A stretch of 42,272 bases of DNA from Spirogloea muscicola (GCA_009602725.1 WELB01000020.1:102695-144966); one strand, 5' to 3'; counted from the first letter of the stretch, positions 1 to 13,166 are shown. Translations and numbers: made by a program. The notes: generated from the sequence alone by a model not told the origin.

Positions 1-3000
1 CGCCGCCGCCCTCGACGGGGCACCGCCCCCTCCGCCGAGCTCGACCGGGACGGCCAGCACGAGGTGAGCGCGGGAGCCGCGACGGCCCGCCGCCGCCGCC
101 GCCGCCGCCGCCATGGCGGCAGACGGGTCCTTGCCCACTGCCGGTCTCGCGGGGTTTTGAGTGGTGGCTGTTGTGCGGGCGCCCGGGACGCGGCAGCGCG
201 GCGGAGGTGGATGCCGCGCCGAGCTTCCTGGCCTGCGCGCTCGACTGCGGCGGCGGTGGCAACGGAGGCTGCGAGCGCCAGGAGCCTGTGTGCCCTGCCG
301 GCGCTGCTGCCTTCAGCGGCGGCACCGGCCGGAGCAGCGACCAGCTCACGGCGGCCTCCGGCGAACATGCAGAGCTCCCGGCCGTTTTCTTTGGCAAGCC
401 TGCCAGCCTCAGCGTCGATGGCGACGGCAGCGGCGCGGGCGCGCACGATGCACTTGCGCAGTGGCTCAGCCGGGCGTTGCCGCCAGCTGAGCTGCCCGGA
501 CAGCCTGCCGGAGATGCCGGCGGCACCCCTGGCCACAACGAAGCTTTTCCGCAAGCAGCGCCGCCGCGTCTGCCAGGTGAGACTCCTACTGGATGCACGT
601 CATGCACGGCATGCACTGGGTCAACTGCAGCGCTGCTCGCGAATGTGGGGCCTTTGACTCGGATAATGGACGAGGCGTGACTCTTTATCGCACCTTGCAG
701 ACAATTCGAGCTGCAGCGTCAGCGGGCAGGGCGCCAAGGCAGAGGTGCCGCCTGGCCAACCCACCCCCAGGCACGTACTTGCTCGCCCACTCCTTGACGC
801 TGCCTCCTGCATCGCTCATGGCGCGAGTGATGTAGGCTTGACGACGCCCACTCTGCCGCCTGCAGAGCACCTGCTACATGTTGCTAGGAGTCTGCACGTC
901 AGGACAAGCTAGGGAGAGAGGAGGTAACGAGAGAGGGTGGAGCTGCTGGCTGCATAGACAGTAGCTATGGAACTTCTATCTCACTCTCTCTAGAAGTTCT
1001 CCTTCCAGGGCACCGCCACCGTCACTCGCAACAGCCGCGGCCGTGCTTGGGGGCCTACTTTTTGCAATATCATTATTTCGACGGCTGGCACGACTTCACC
1101 AGGGAGGTCCTAGCCCCGCGCAGTATGAGACCTCAGCAGACTGCAACAGCGAGGGGCAGGTGGAGGAGGAAGCAGGTGATCTCCGGAATGGCCTGTTGCC
1201 AGAAGTCGACACTGCAAAGGTGGAGGCCACACTGAGCGCAGCGACAGTGGAGGACGAACTACTCCAGCAGGCGGTTATGGGCCCCGGGGCCTCAAAGCTG
1301 GCACCAGCACTGGGCCTCGCCACAGCTGTCGTTTTGAGCAAGGTCAGCAAGCTCCAGCCGCTGAGCCGCCATGCTCGATGGATGCCCTGCACTAGAAAGG
1401 ACGGTGCTTATGCAGCACGGTTGTGCATGCAGGTCATCACGCTCCAGCAGGCATTGGGCGAGATCTCGCCAACTGGGAACGAAGTTGCAGAGGTTAGTGG
1501 CTCCTGCAGTGCGCCACTGGTGGCAGGGTCTTAGGTCGCTGGAGCACTGCTGCCACTGCTCGACATGCCCAACTTCCTTTGACGCACACCAACGAGCTGA
1601 CCTATCTGCACGGGACTGCCCTGCAGCTTCTGGAGGCTGCGGTGGACGCTGCGCTGCAGCCTGTAGGACTCTGGCCCGCCCAACTTCAGTCGCAGTGGGA
1701 CGTCCGAAGGAGCTGGTGCAGATGCGCACTCTGACACGTGGCTGTGTTTGCCTGATTGGTCGCAGTAGCTTATGTCATCAGGAGATGCCTTCTCAAGGAG
1801 CTCGCTTCTCTGCCTGACCAGGTACTGGGAGCCGAGCGGCAGGAGTTTGCGCGGCAGCTTCTGCAGTCCTTCCGGCAGGCGCTGGCTACGCTTGCGCAGA
1901 CGGAGGCGGCCGCGACAAGGCTGCAGTTGGTCAGAAGCCCACCAAAGGTCGCGGCTGGTGGAGGCTTAGAACTTTATGGTCAGCCATCCAGAGAACACGT
2001 TGCCGGTGAGGGAGGCGATCACTTTGGCCGCTCTGTCTCCAAGCAGTCCACCAAGCTCGCAGGGGGTGTTGACCTAGTTGCGGAGGCGACTGGAGAGCTG
2101 GTCGCCACCAGGCAGTTTTCTGCAGCAGATCACGGCAGGAGGGCTAGCAGCGTGGCCGAGCATCCGGGAGAATCAACGGTCCAACCAGGCCTGAGACAGG
2201 CGCCCGCCGAGTTGGGGAGCATTGATGCTGAGAATGCTGGCGAGTCACATGGTGCGGAGGCTGCAAAGGATGTGCAGGAGGTGGACGACGCTGGGGAGGT
2301 TTTGAGCGAGCTGGTGGACGCTGCAGCTGGTAATGGAAGGGAAGATATGGAACAAGCACAGTGGTCGAAGCCATCAGAGCCACAGGCGAGCACCACGCCA
2401 GACTGTTGGAGCCCGCATAGGCGATCCAGCAGAGAAGAGGGGGTCCACAGGAATGAGAGGCTCCTAGCAGAAGGCCTTGTGTCACATGAGGAGCACGACT
2501 GCTGGGGCTGCACAAACGGGGACATTGAAGCGCGCTGCACAGGTGAAGGAGACGTGTCTGGCAGCAGCAACAGCAGAGCAGGCAGTCCTGTCCGTAACAG
2601 TCGAGCAGGCAGCGCTGCACGAGCAGATGATAGCCGGAGGAGACATGCAGAGGTGCCGTCGCAGAGAGTGGCAGCAAGTCCACTGATGGCGCTTGTACCA
2701 ATGCTGGCTGGCTCTGCAGTCCGCGAAGGCCAGGACTTGCGGCAAGGCGCGCTTGCGCAAGCATTCTCGCGCTATGTTGACGTCTACCAAGAGCGCACGC
2801 GCCTGAGCACGCTCAAGCTCCTGCATTCACATCACGCAGCCAAGCTGAAGGAGCGGCAGGTCCAGCTGGCGCTGGATGCCAATGAGCTGATGAAGGAGAA
2901 GGTCAAGATTGGGCGCGGCAAACTTGCACCACGAGAACAGCAGTTGCGAGTGGACCGTGAGCGCGATGAGCTTGGCAGGCTGACAAGGCTATGTGCAGAC

Positions 3001-4192
3001 GAGCTCGCCATGGGGCTCCGCGTAATGCTGCTGGCGCTCCTCTACGCCGGCTGGAAGTTTCCGCTGGCACACTTCGCCGGCGAGCTTGACGTCTGCCACC
3101 AGTGGGCAGCCAGGGTTAGTGACTGAGCGATGCCTCGTGTGCTGTAGTTGCTGCTTTTTCACCGTAAGCTGGCCTGCATGTCTCCCACCCACTCAGGGAG
3201 TGCCACAGAATTTTTGGTGTTTTGTGGTCAGCTCTAAGGTCTGACAGTTTACTTTAGTCTAATATCTGATATTCTAATGCTCGTTCAATGCTCGTAGTAT
3301 AGTCTGTCCATGTTGCAGTGCAAGAAATGCAGCCCTGCATCCGATTTGAGCTCTGCATGGACTGTGTATATGTCAACTGCTACTCCTCACTTCGCTGCTT
3401 GTTGTTGCCAGCGCGCTCGAACAACTCCCTGGTACAGCATCAACCTGTCTCACTACTTCGATGGCTGGAATACCCGCCTCCAAGTGATTGGCTGCCAATT
3501 TGCAGTCATGGGCTACATGCTCGTGGCTTTCGTGATCCTGGCAGTCATCTCCCTGCAGCAGAATGTAGAGACCATTCAGGTTGGTATCCCCTCTGATATC
3601 CACAGGTCACACGTGGGCAGTGCTCCTGATATGTTGCTGTGCATTGACTTCATGCTGCTGTCGCTGGCTTGAGCTTGAATTCCTGACCTAGCTGGGCTTC
3701 ACACTGCCTTTTGCATCATGGGTCGTATCATATGATGGCTATGTAGCAAGACTCGGGATTTAAGTTGATTGGAAGTGAACCTTGGTCGCTCCTCAGAGGC
3801 AGCCGGCAACCGTGCTTGTGCTGATGCTCGGGGGCATCTGCGCATACTTCGGCAAGACGGCTGTGGACGGAGTTGGGGCAAGGGGGTTGCACTGGCTGGC
3901 CTGCTGGTGGTGCCTTTGTGGGCTCCATGCCTTTGCCATCTGGAACACTCGGCTGCTGTACAGGCTGCTAAATGGCCGGCCAGCCGAGCACGCCGCACAG
4001 CCGCCGCATTGCAAGCTGGTGCCCACGTGGCTCAGGAAGCTAGCTTTCCACTCCATGCTGGTCATAGTGTTGCCACTACTCGCGGGCGTCCTTCCCTTTG
4101 TGCCGCTGGAAGACCTCTGGCGGCACTTCAGGCACCTCCAAAGGACAGGCTTTGAATTTTTGCCGGTCAGCCACTTTCGGTCCCGCGCCTAG
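1..4192 (+). CDS. CPR5: CPR5-like nucleoporin / membrane protein, multi-exon, 5' end upstream of the window
   Basis: Spliced segments match plant CPR5 motifs: ALGLATAVVLSK; KLKERQVQLAL...RLCADELAMGLRVMLLALLYAG; and a C-terminal TM block PATVLVLMLGGICAYFGKTAVDGVGARGLHWL...LPLLAGVLPF. In-phase GT-AG introns at 64-196, 3115-3411 and 3580-3796; stop at 4190-4192. Exons between 577 and 1765 are uncertain. Confidence 0.8.
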
Positions 4193-4809
4193 ATCCTAAT
4201 CTGCAAATACAGATATAGCCGCACACATTGTGTTGTTAAGGCAACCTTCAAGTGGCCTATGTGAACCACTCAAGGGATGAGAACAATCTGTGCATGGAAA
4301 TGTTGCACGGTGGCCTGCTTCAACAGCTGCCAATATCCGTGTATATTTGTCAATAGCTTGATTTGCAGGTTGGCCAGTCTTGGAAGAGGGGCCATCCCTC
4401 AGCAGTGCACGCTCATATGTGATGATTTGCAAAGTTACCCCTTTGTGTGATGCATATAAGGTTCCGCCTGAGGAAGCTCATTTGGACCAGTGCAGGGAAA
4501 GATCCGGCAGTGGTTGCAAGTTGGCAGTTGAAAGATCTGACAGTCAATGCATCAGAGAGTTACAGGAAGGTCATCATGGCGCCCTTGGAGTTTTTTCACA
4601 CTTAGGAATGAGTCGGTGCTCCGAAATGAAAGCATGTAGCTCCATGGTAGCGGCTTGTACACCCAATCTGCATGGTCTGTTGAATCAGTGAGACGAGCCA
4701 AGTCAGAGTAATTGCAGCTGGAGAAGAGGTACCCCGACGAGACTCAGAAGTAGCAGCCAAAGCGCGGCCTGCCCATTTGGTGAGCCTGGATACATTGATT
4801 GGAAGGGAT

Positions 4810-4867
4810 TGGATAGCCGCATGCAGAACACCTGGGCAAGCGACCCGGCGGCGTTGTAGCCGGGCAG
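4810..4867 (-). mobile_element. Degenerate fragment of an RLE-type (CRE-like) non-LTR retrotransposon ORF
   Basis: Translates PGYNAAGSLAQVFCMRLS, matching PGFNAAGSLAQVFHMRLA at about 40677. Confidence 0.65.
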
Positions 4868-5227
4868 CTCACCTTTCTGTTCCTGCCAATACTTGATGTC
4901 CCGCCGTGCAAGCCGCTGCTGGCACAAAAGAAGAATCAGCTCTATCCAAGTGAAGGCATGGATGTGAGAGCCAGCCCAGAGGAATGTACAAGATCTGAAA
5001 GTGCCGCGCCCATGAATCATCTGAATGTGTTCCCTGAGCGTCATTGGTTGCCTTTCTTCAAGAACACATCCTCGACCCGCCAGATCCACCTGGTAACATG
5101 TAGACTCAAGTAGCGGTTTGTTTAGGCACCCGCCATCTAAGGCCTACAGGGTCCTCCGCCTGACGCAACGCAAGGCCTCTAGATCACTCTTCTCTATATC
5201 ATAGGTTCTTGTAGCCTCCAGCCCTGA

Positions 5228-5320
5228 GGAAGTGGCTGTCCCAATGGGGGCAAGGGCTGTGAAAACCCAGCCCCAAAGAATTGACCCGAGGGTCGAAGGG
5301 GCCACACTGACCGAAGGAGC
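5228..5320 (-). mobile_element. 3' terminus of a CRE-like retroelement (family A type)
   Basis: aagtggctgtcccaatgggggcaagggctgtgaaaacccagcccc is the reverse complement of the recurring 3' end ...cagcccttgcccccattgggagagccac-ttc. Confidence 0.7.
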
Positions 5321-5527
5321 CTCCGGCCCTGGGCTTGGCACCAAGACCTTGTGGCCTTCACCTCGCAGCCCTTTGCCACTTGTTTGCCATCACCGCGGAC
5401 TCTGCAGCCTTCGCTGCTTCTGGCTCCGCCCTGCTCTTCATGCTGACAGCCTTACCCGCCGGCGGCAGTCGACTGCAGCCAGGCGACTCTGATGAGTCAA
5501 TGGCGGAGGGGTCGCGGATGAGCGGAG

Positions 5528-8500
5528 ATGGCACCTGCAGCAAGCGCCACGGCGGCAGCAGCGGCGAATGCAGCGGCGGCTACCGATGTAGAGGCGCTCG
5601 AGGAGCCGCTGCTCTTAGCCGACAGTAAGGCCACAGCGCAGGGCTGCTTCGGGCCCAGTGGCACGGACGGGAGGAAAGGCAGGTCTGCGCGCTCGCCTCT
5701 CTCCTCAGTGCGTGCAGCACTGCTGCACGCAATGCAGCACGCGTCATGGCTGCCATATTCGCACGCCTCGAGCAGGCCCTCGGGTGCTTGTGGCAGCGCA
5801 GGAAATGGGAGCAGCGGAGGACCTTGTCTGTCGAACGGTCACCAGCTGTCGAGGGGGCCTCCGATGCAGCGTATGCCGAGCTGGGCTACGAGGGCGGTCT
5901 GCAATTCGTAAGGGATACGGTGGAGGAGTGTGCCGTTGACACGGGCCAGCCAAGCGCCTCCAAGGGGATCGTGGCAGCCTTCGTTGTGGCATTCGACCCC
6001 CATGTGGGTGAGCAATCCGACTTCGCCAAGGAAATCTAGCGCGGATGAAGCAAGTTCTGTAGTGTGGCCTTGACACGCTCGTGCTGCCCTTCTTGGTGGA
6101 CTCCACCATTATCAAGTCCAGGTCAGGGCTACCGTGAATAAACGTGAGCACTTGGTACAGACGAGTGCGCCCACCTGCAGCAGGCAGGCCAGCAGCCCGA
6201 GATGGGCTCACCCACTGCACTTGGCCGCGAGCAGGTAATGTCGTAGAATGGTGCGAGAGCATCTGGGACGATGTCGAGCGCGCGCAGGAAGGCAACGAGC
6301 CGACGTTTTCAGCACAGGTGCAAGCTATGATGCCCACTGTCGCTGTATCCTGCACCTAAGACGCGCCAGAGATTTCAGACCATTGCCTTCCGACATCCAC
6401 CGGAGTGCGATAAAGCATGCTGTCAAGGTCCTGCCTCGTGCTTAACTTGCAGGGCCTGGAGTTCCATGCGCTCCCCGCAGGCATCCACGTCATGGAAGAA
6501 GACTGCTTGTGAGATGACCTGTGCTTGTTACTGCCTGTACAGCACATATTACTACCAATCAATGCTTGACAGCCATCCCAGGGCCTAACGCAACAGGTTT
6601 TAAGGGTAGTGCATCCCTTGCAAATCCTCGAGCAGTCGTCATATCTGTGCCATCGAATATATTGCTGCAGCTTGTCGTTGCATATGGCACTTTGGTGTGA
6701 CTCCTGCCCTCCCGTGGTGCTGTGTTGAGCAGCTTCTTTCGCCATCAAGCTCTGTATGGAGTGGCTGCCTTCCACCGGTAAGACTAGCGTACCTGCTTAC
6801 AGAGGCATGTGCTTCGTGTGGCTACTTTTCATTTTCATGCTTGCTTCTTTCTTGGCACTGGAGTGCTTGCATTCTTGTTTTGGAGCTCTGTCAGTGTCTT
6901 GACGCACAATCCCACTTTGAGCTGGGAGCAGTCGACCTTGCGGTTCAGTGGTGTAACTGAGCGGCCATCAGCAATGGCTTTAAGATTGCCAAGTATTGAG
7001 CAACTAGATATCTGCCACCTCTTCCTGCTTGCAGCCGTCTTCTTCCACTGGAGATAGGATCAGGGGAGCGCTTTGTGCGGATGCGTAGGTCAGAAGCCAT
7101 TTCAGGAAATAGCTGCACGACTGTGGAAGGCTGTGGGCACACAAAATGGCCCAGAAAGGCACTACGCTTTTGTGGGCTCTCATTACTTCATGTGGTGCTG
7201 AAATTGTTAAGATCATGCTGAGACATGCATTCACACCAGATCAATCAGTGATTTTTGGCTCACATTGGCAATGCAGTGTTGGTGCCCTGGCGAGCACACT
7301 TGCTCCGCTTGTTGCCTGCCTTCAGGGCCTACGGCTTCGTGCACCGTACTTCAACGAGGGCCATAAGGCACCGAGTTATGGCATGCTGCGGCAGCTCCTG
7401 GAGCATGGGAAAGCAAACTTGCACCCGTATCCAACGGACCACGTTCCGCCCTTGAGAGCCCTGGCTGGCACTCCTAGCAGCTCTGTCTTCTCCGAGTTTA
7501 TTGAAGAGCTCGGTATGCAGCACGTTGCCAAAGCCCACCGCACTCTGCAGATGTGGGCATACCTGGCTATAGTTGGAGTCCAGAGGACAATGAGCACAAC
7601 GTCAGAAGATGCAAAGATCAGCGTCGAAGCTCTTTGCCACTTCAGATAGTATTAGGGCTTTTTGCTGCAGGCATTCATGGCATTATAGTGAATATGTGCC
7701 ACCGTTTGCCCCGCTGGCTTGCAGGTCCGAAGGTGATCACAATCTGGAAAGCGATGCTCCTAAGGAAGAGAATCCTCTTTCTGGCCCCGCCAGCTGTCAG
7801 CTTCTCGTGCGATCTCGTGGTCTCGGCGTGCGCGCTACTCCGAGGAGGGCCACCAGAGAGGCTCCTGCCAAAAGGCGGCAAAGGTGGAGCCGCGAGCTCA
7901 TTAAAGCCCCTACTGTGCGTGGGCCTTCTTGACACAGAGCTCCTGGAGCAGACTCCCTTCTACGTCGCATGCACCACGGAAGCCATCTTGAAGGTGGTAC
8001 TTCACGAACATGCCCTTATAATGTGCGCTACTTTGCCTTATGTTCTCGATTCTTCTTCATGGCGGAGCTTGCTTGCTGCAGCTTAGCCTTTGCATGCTCG
8101 AATATCTGCAGGACAAAGCACATTTATATGATGTCCTGGTCGAGGAGAGGGAGGAAGGCTGGCAGCTGCACATTTCGCAGGCTGAGCTAGCGGACAGCCT
8201 GCGGCAGACGCCCTCGGACCTGGAACACTTTCAGGAGCTCTGTGGGAGGCCGAGCCAGAGTCCCCATCAGCAGCAGTTACAGCAGCGAGGGGCTTCTGGC
8301 AACACAACTGTAGACTTGCTGAAGAGCCTTACATGGCTGTCCTGCTGCCTGCCGACACGGCCGCAGAGGCTCGAGGTCTTCGAAGTGGAGGCTGAGGCGC
8401 TCTCGCATGTTATCGCCATGAATACGCGGCTTGGCCAGGGCCTAGCAGAGGCAAGGACGTCGCTGCAAGACGCCCTCGTAGCGGGCAGCAGCGCTGTGAT

Positions 8501-8621
8501 CTCCAATGGCGCCCATGACAGGTCGGTCGGGGAGCTTGACGGGCTTGCCGTGCTTGGCATGGGCCATGCTGACAAACCATTTCTCCGTTCACTGCTGGCG
8601 CAGCAGCTAACCTTGACTTGA
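5528..8621 (+). CDS. DENN-domain protein of the DENND11/LCHN (KIAA1147) family, multi-exon
   Basis: Motifs GIVAAFVVAFDPHVG/NVVEW, GLEFHALPAGIH, IWKAMLLRKRILFLAPP and FYVACTTEAILK/DKAHLYDVLV match the LCHN-type uDENN/cDENN consensus. Stop at 8619-8621; start codon is tentative. Confidence 0.75.
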
Positions 8622-9100
8622 GTTGCTACAGACCACCCACTATTTGGAGTGTGCAGGATGTGTTGTCGCACCACGTTGTCGATGACCAACCAAGTTAATG
8701 CATAAGTGTGTCGCTCCTCAGGGCAGCGGACCAAGAGGTTTACAGCCACACAAACGCTGCATGCTCTCGAATGAATATTCTTAACATAATCAGTGATGCT
8801 TGGAATGCATCGGCCAACTTATCTACCATGCTAAGGACCAACTCTTTGACGGCCTGGCATCGCTTCGAAGAGCAGGACTCAGGTAAGCATTGGGTCGCCA
8901 CCAGCTACATGGCTGTGCCAGACACCCCCAAGGCCATGTGAGATGGAGTCTGGCAGAAGCATGCAGACCAAGTTGCGAAGCAGCCTAAGGAAGAATGCCT
9001 GCACATTGGAGACAGGAGCTCACTTGAGACATGGCCTGCAGCCGGCTATCAGCATCAAGGAAGTAATTAAAAGAGACGTCATGAAGTCCTCACGTAGTCC

Positions 9101-10133
9101 TCACATCAAGCTCTTAGCATAAGCAACGCATGGACCCAGACTCGAATGAAGTGACCAACACAAGAGCTCCACGAGGTTGATGAGGGCATGGCACAGATGC
9201 ACGAGTTCCTGTGAGAGGGTGGCCGATGCAAGTGGGGGGCACGTGTTCTACGCACCTGCATGTGTCCAATGACGAGCCGCATTGACTGGGAGGCATAAAT
9301 GGGCCCAATGACGGGCGTGAGCACGAGGATCGGCCCGCGCTGGAAGTAGTCATGCTGCCGCTTGATGCGCTTGAGCGTCTTCTGGGGCCGCCCAGCGCCG
9401 GCTCCGTCCTCCTGCCAGCAAGCACACCGAGGCCCGTCAGTGCCGCAGGAGGACGGCCTTGACGGGCAGGCCGCTGTCAGGGTCGAGCAGCTGGCCAGGG
9501 CGTGCCCTGCTGGCACACGCAAAGTTGGCCAGGCAGCAGCACTATCACGCAGCGCAAGCCGAGAGAGAGCGTTGCGACGTCATGAGCATCGAGAATCTTC
9601 CTCGAAGCTCTCCTTCATTCGGGCCGCTGCACGAGTCCGACGAGGCGGCCAATTCGAGCACTTAATGGGCAACCGCAGGCGACATGCCCTCTGCACTGGC
9701 GGCCCGGAGGCGGGTGGCCGCCGCATCCAGTACAGAGCAGCGGACCCAGCGGGGGTGGCAAGGCGCACAGCGCGCCACCGACCTGAGGCGGCGTGAAGTC
9801 CTCGAGCTCGAGGAGGCAGAGGAACTCGAGGATGGACTCGCGCCAGAAGAAGTGCCACGGGCGCACGTAGACCTTCATGTGCAGCGTGATGGCGTCCGCC
9901 TCGGCGTCGTACAGCACCTGCTCGAACTCGACGCGCTGGTAGCGCACGGCCAGGTTGGCGAACTGGTAGATGGCCGTCAGGTCCGCGGCGCTGCGCCCGA
10001 TGCTGATGTAGTAGTGCGAGAAGGAGACGTCCGGCGCGAAGAAGCGCCGGATGATGTCCGCCTGCTGCTGCAGGCTGGGCCGCGTCACCAGGCCCCGCAC
10101 CACGTCCACGATCTCCCTCTTCGGGTCCTGCAT
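9101..10133 (-). CDS. NTF2/SnoaL-like fold protein (resembles the fungal SigF-like NTF2 family)
   Basis: Exons 10133-9783, 9411-9256 and 9208-9101 join in frame across GT-AG introns: MQDPKREIVDVVRGLVT...RRFFAPDVSFSH...KRIKRQHDYFQR. Confidence 0.65.
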
Positions 10134-10137
10134 CGCC

Positions 10138-10177
<40 letters not shown>

Positions 10178-10263
10178 CGCCGGCGGGGCTCGGCGGGCGG
10201 CGGGGGGTGAGCAGCGCCCTGCAGTCCCGAGGGCTGGGCCCAGAAACCGGAGCCCCGCCACGN

Positions 10264-11947
10264 GCCGCCGGGTCGGGCTGGGAGTGGCGCCACGCCCCCG
10301 CGGCCGAGGTGCGCCTCCGAGGCCGCAGCGCGCCAGGCAGACCTCCCGCCGCACGGGCCCGCTGCCGGCCACCCAAGGCCACGTCGCTGGTCGCGGCACC
10401 CCCGCAATCGGCCTAGCGGGTCACTCTCGCACTTGTCTTCCTGGTGGCCAGGCCGGCGGGTACCTCACTATGACGCGCATCCAGCCCTGCGACGGCGCCG
10501 CGCCCTCGACCCGTCCAGAGGTGCGGCACACCGGTGGCTCCTGCCATTGGGGAGCTGCCTCTTGGCATCGCTCGCACGATGCTCGGGCCGTGGCATTCCT
10601 CAGCTGACGACGAACAGCTTTGTCACGGGCGCTGGCGCCCACGGGGGCGGCATGCCGAGTTCTCCATCAGCAGTAGTGGCACGTGTGGCTTGACCATCCA
10701 TGATCAACCAGCCTGGGCTTGTCGTCTACCGCTTGATCAGACAGGTCCCTGCGGCTGGCGATGAGGTTCTCGCTGATGCACAGATTGAAGTCGGGCAGCG
10801 ACGACTAGCGCAGCCTGTGGTATGTGCACCAGCATGAGGCAAGGGTGCGAGATACTGCCTCCAGGCTTGCATTAGTCAGCATGTGGCTGCAGCGCTTCTT
10901 ATCAGGCTCTTCTTGAAAAGACCGAAGCTTTTCCTCTGTGTCAAGAGTGTCTTGAGGTTGACCTGCATGGATATCTGTGGTCACGTTTGCTTTTGGTATG
11001 CATGTGTATGCACCAAATAATGTCCTTGCAATCCTCCTCGTCTCACAGGATGATCTGGAGCTCCCAGCAGCGAGCACCAGCTATGTTACTTACGACTACG
11101 ACATTGTCTACAGTGACACTTTCAGAGTGCCAGTGCTGCTAATCCAGGCCCATCATTCCTGTGAGTAAGCCACAGCGAGCTGCACAGCTGACGCTGTAGG
11201 TGCTGCATCTAGTGTGCCACACTGTGCGCAACTCTGCGGCCTTGGCAGTGCAGAACTTTTGTCAATTTACTGCCTTGACAGACTACGCAGTACTTGCACG
11301 CACCTCCCTCTTTAAGCCCATATTGCTTGCCCGCATATGAGCCTGATCGTCCCGGATGCTTGCACCTGTCACTTGAGCAGCTGGGAAGCCCTTCGCTTGG
11401 AAGGAAGTAGTAGCAGACCTGCCCATGCACAGTCAAGCGTACATTCGAGGCAATAGATGGACTTTCCTAACGCAGCAGGTGGCACTTTCTTGTCTTCATG
11501 ACCTGCCGTTCTGCCACCCAATATGGCCTCTGGTGCTTTATGTGCGTCAACTCAGCTGCTGTCGTAGACCTGCGCTGACTTCCAACTGGCTGTCTTGTTA
11601 AGCAGGAGCATCCCATCTGGCATAGACCATGTTTTGGCCTCCATCCTTGCGAAACATCAACAGTCATGCACCTGCTGCTCTCTTCCTTGAGACTTCCTGG
11701 GCAATCTCAAACTCCAAGTAGGATAGATGGCACGCGTGTTGACGACTGCAAGCACAGCAATGAGCAAGAGCAGATAGACAGTCATTGGCGGAACACCGGT
11801 ACAGATGCCAGTATCGACTCTTACTCACAGCAGGCAATGTGCGATGTGGACATATTTCAATTCGAGAGGACCTACATTTTATCATGGCTCTCACATGTAG
11901 GGCCTGCAGTAGGCCTGAAAGTCCAAATTGAGTTGCTCTGTACATGA
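10264..11947 (+). CDS. ATG10: Ubiquitin-like-conjugating (E2-like) autophagy enzyme ATG10, multi-exon; start probably hidden at n 10263
   Basis: YDYDIVYSDTFRVPVL; QEHPIWHRPCFGLHPCET with the catalytic HPC; C-terminal YILSWLSHVGPAVGL; N-terminal exons GWEWR and GYLTM. Confidence 0.85.
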
Positions 11948-12097
11948 TAAGATTGCAAATCTGTACAGTTTCCCGTGATGATCAATGACCTATTAGCCTT
12001 AGCAATCACTTCTTTCGGGTTTCCATCGAGTGGCAGGTCTAAGTGGAGCTGAGTCTGCTTCAATCGAGCAGCCTCAAGTCTAGAAGACGTCAGCAAG

Positions 12098-12606
12098 TGG
12101 CAAAGCCAGCCCCAAACATGAGAAATTTCTGACAAGGTCCGAAGGGGCCGAAAAGCACTGGAACACATAGGTAAGCAAGTATCGTGTACACTGTTCACTC
12201 AGTAACCTCTGCTTAGGTGGACTGAGTGGTCCATCCTCCCCCGTTCTGACATAGCATCTTCAGGCCCCTTCGTAGCTGCTTAGCGCTTTTTAGGCCCCTC
12301 CATCATTTGGCCCCTTCGAACCTTTGTCAATTCTTTCTCGGGCTGGCTCTAAACAGTCCTTGCCCCCATTGGGAGTGCCACGTCTCTCTGCTTAGGAGCC
12401 GCAAGTCACAACGACTGGCCGCCGGAAAGAAGAAGTGGCACTCCCAATGGGGGCAAGGGCTGTGAAAAGCCAGCCCGAGAAAGAATCGACAAAGGTTCGA
12501 AGAGGTCAAATGATGGAGGGGCCTAAAAAGGGGACTTCTGCTCTCTGAAAAGCGCTAAGCAGCTACTAAGGGGCCTGAAGATGCTATGCCAGAACGGGGG
12601 AGGATG
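12098..12606. mobile_element. Cluster of three 5'-truncated CRE-like retroelement 3' ends (12098-12217 minus, 12220-12381 plus, 12427-12606 minus)
   Basis: LSRGY-stop plus UTR on the minus strand, then two family-A-type 3' UTRs in tail-to-tail orientation. Confidence 0.75.
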
Positions 12607-13166
12607 CCGGAAAGGAGTCTTGCAGTAGAGGGCGATGGCTGTGATTGGCCAGCCTTGGAAGATTGAATGAAGGCTGTGGTGGGCAAGGTGCAAGGGGAAA
12701 GCCTCGGAGGGCGCTGACAGCGCAAGGCGAGGCGCTGGGCGAGGGGAGTGCAGGTGCGGCCACGGCGGGCCTCCACGACAAGAAGGGGGTGGCTGCTCGG
12801 GCGCCCGCCCGGCTGGGCAACCGCGGTGGGTCACGTGGCGGGCGCCAGGGGCGTCGCCCGGACGTGACGTCACGGGCCGACGCCCTTGCCGGGCGCGGTA
12901 GGCGCCGTCGGGCCGGCCGACGCCCGGCCGACGCGGCCCGGCGTAGGCCAGGCGTCGGGCAGGCGTCGGGCTGGCGTCGGGCCAGGGCGAAGCAAATCCC
13001 CGGGGCGCCCCTTCCCGAAGAGGATCTCTCGTCCGCCCCGCCACCGCCCTTATTGGCAGAGCCGCCCTCTCTCTCCCCCAACCCCGAGCCCGCCGCCACC
13101 GCCGCCGCCGCCGCCGGGAGCCGTCGAGGGCGGCTGCGCGCGGCTGAGCCCGTCAGCAGCGGCGGC

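Noticed and set aside
685..870. Minus-strand ORF inside the CPR5 region
   Set aside because: No recognisable domain; it overlaps a plausible plus-strand exon starting at 701.
4196..4691. Possible endonuclease or integrase remnants downstream of CPR5
   Set aside because: Only vague motif echoes in different frames, too weak to call.
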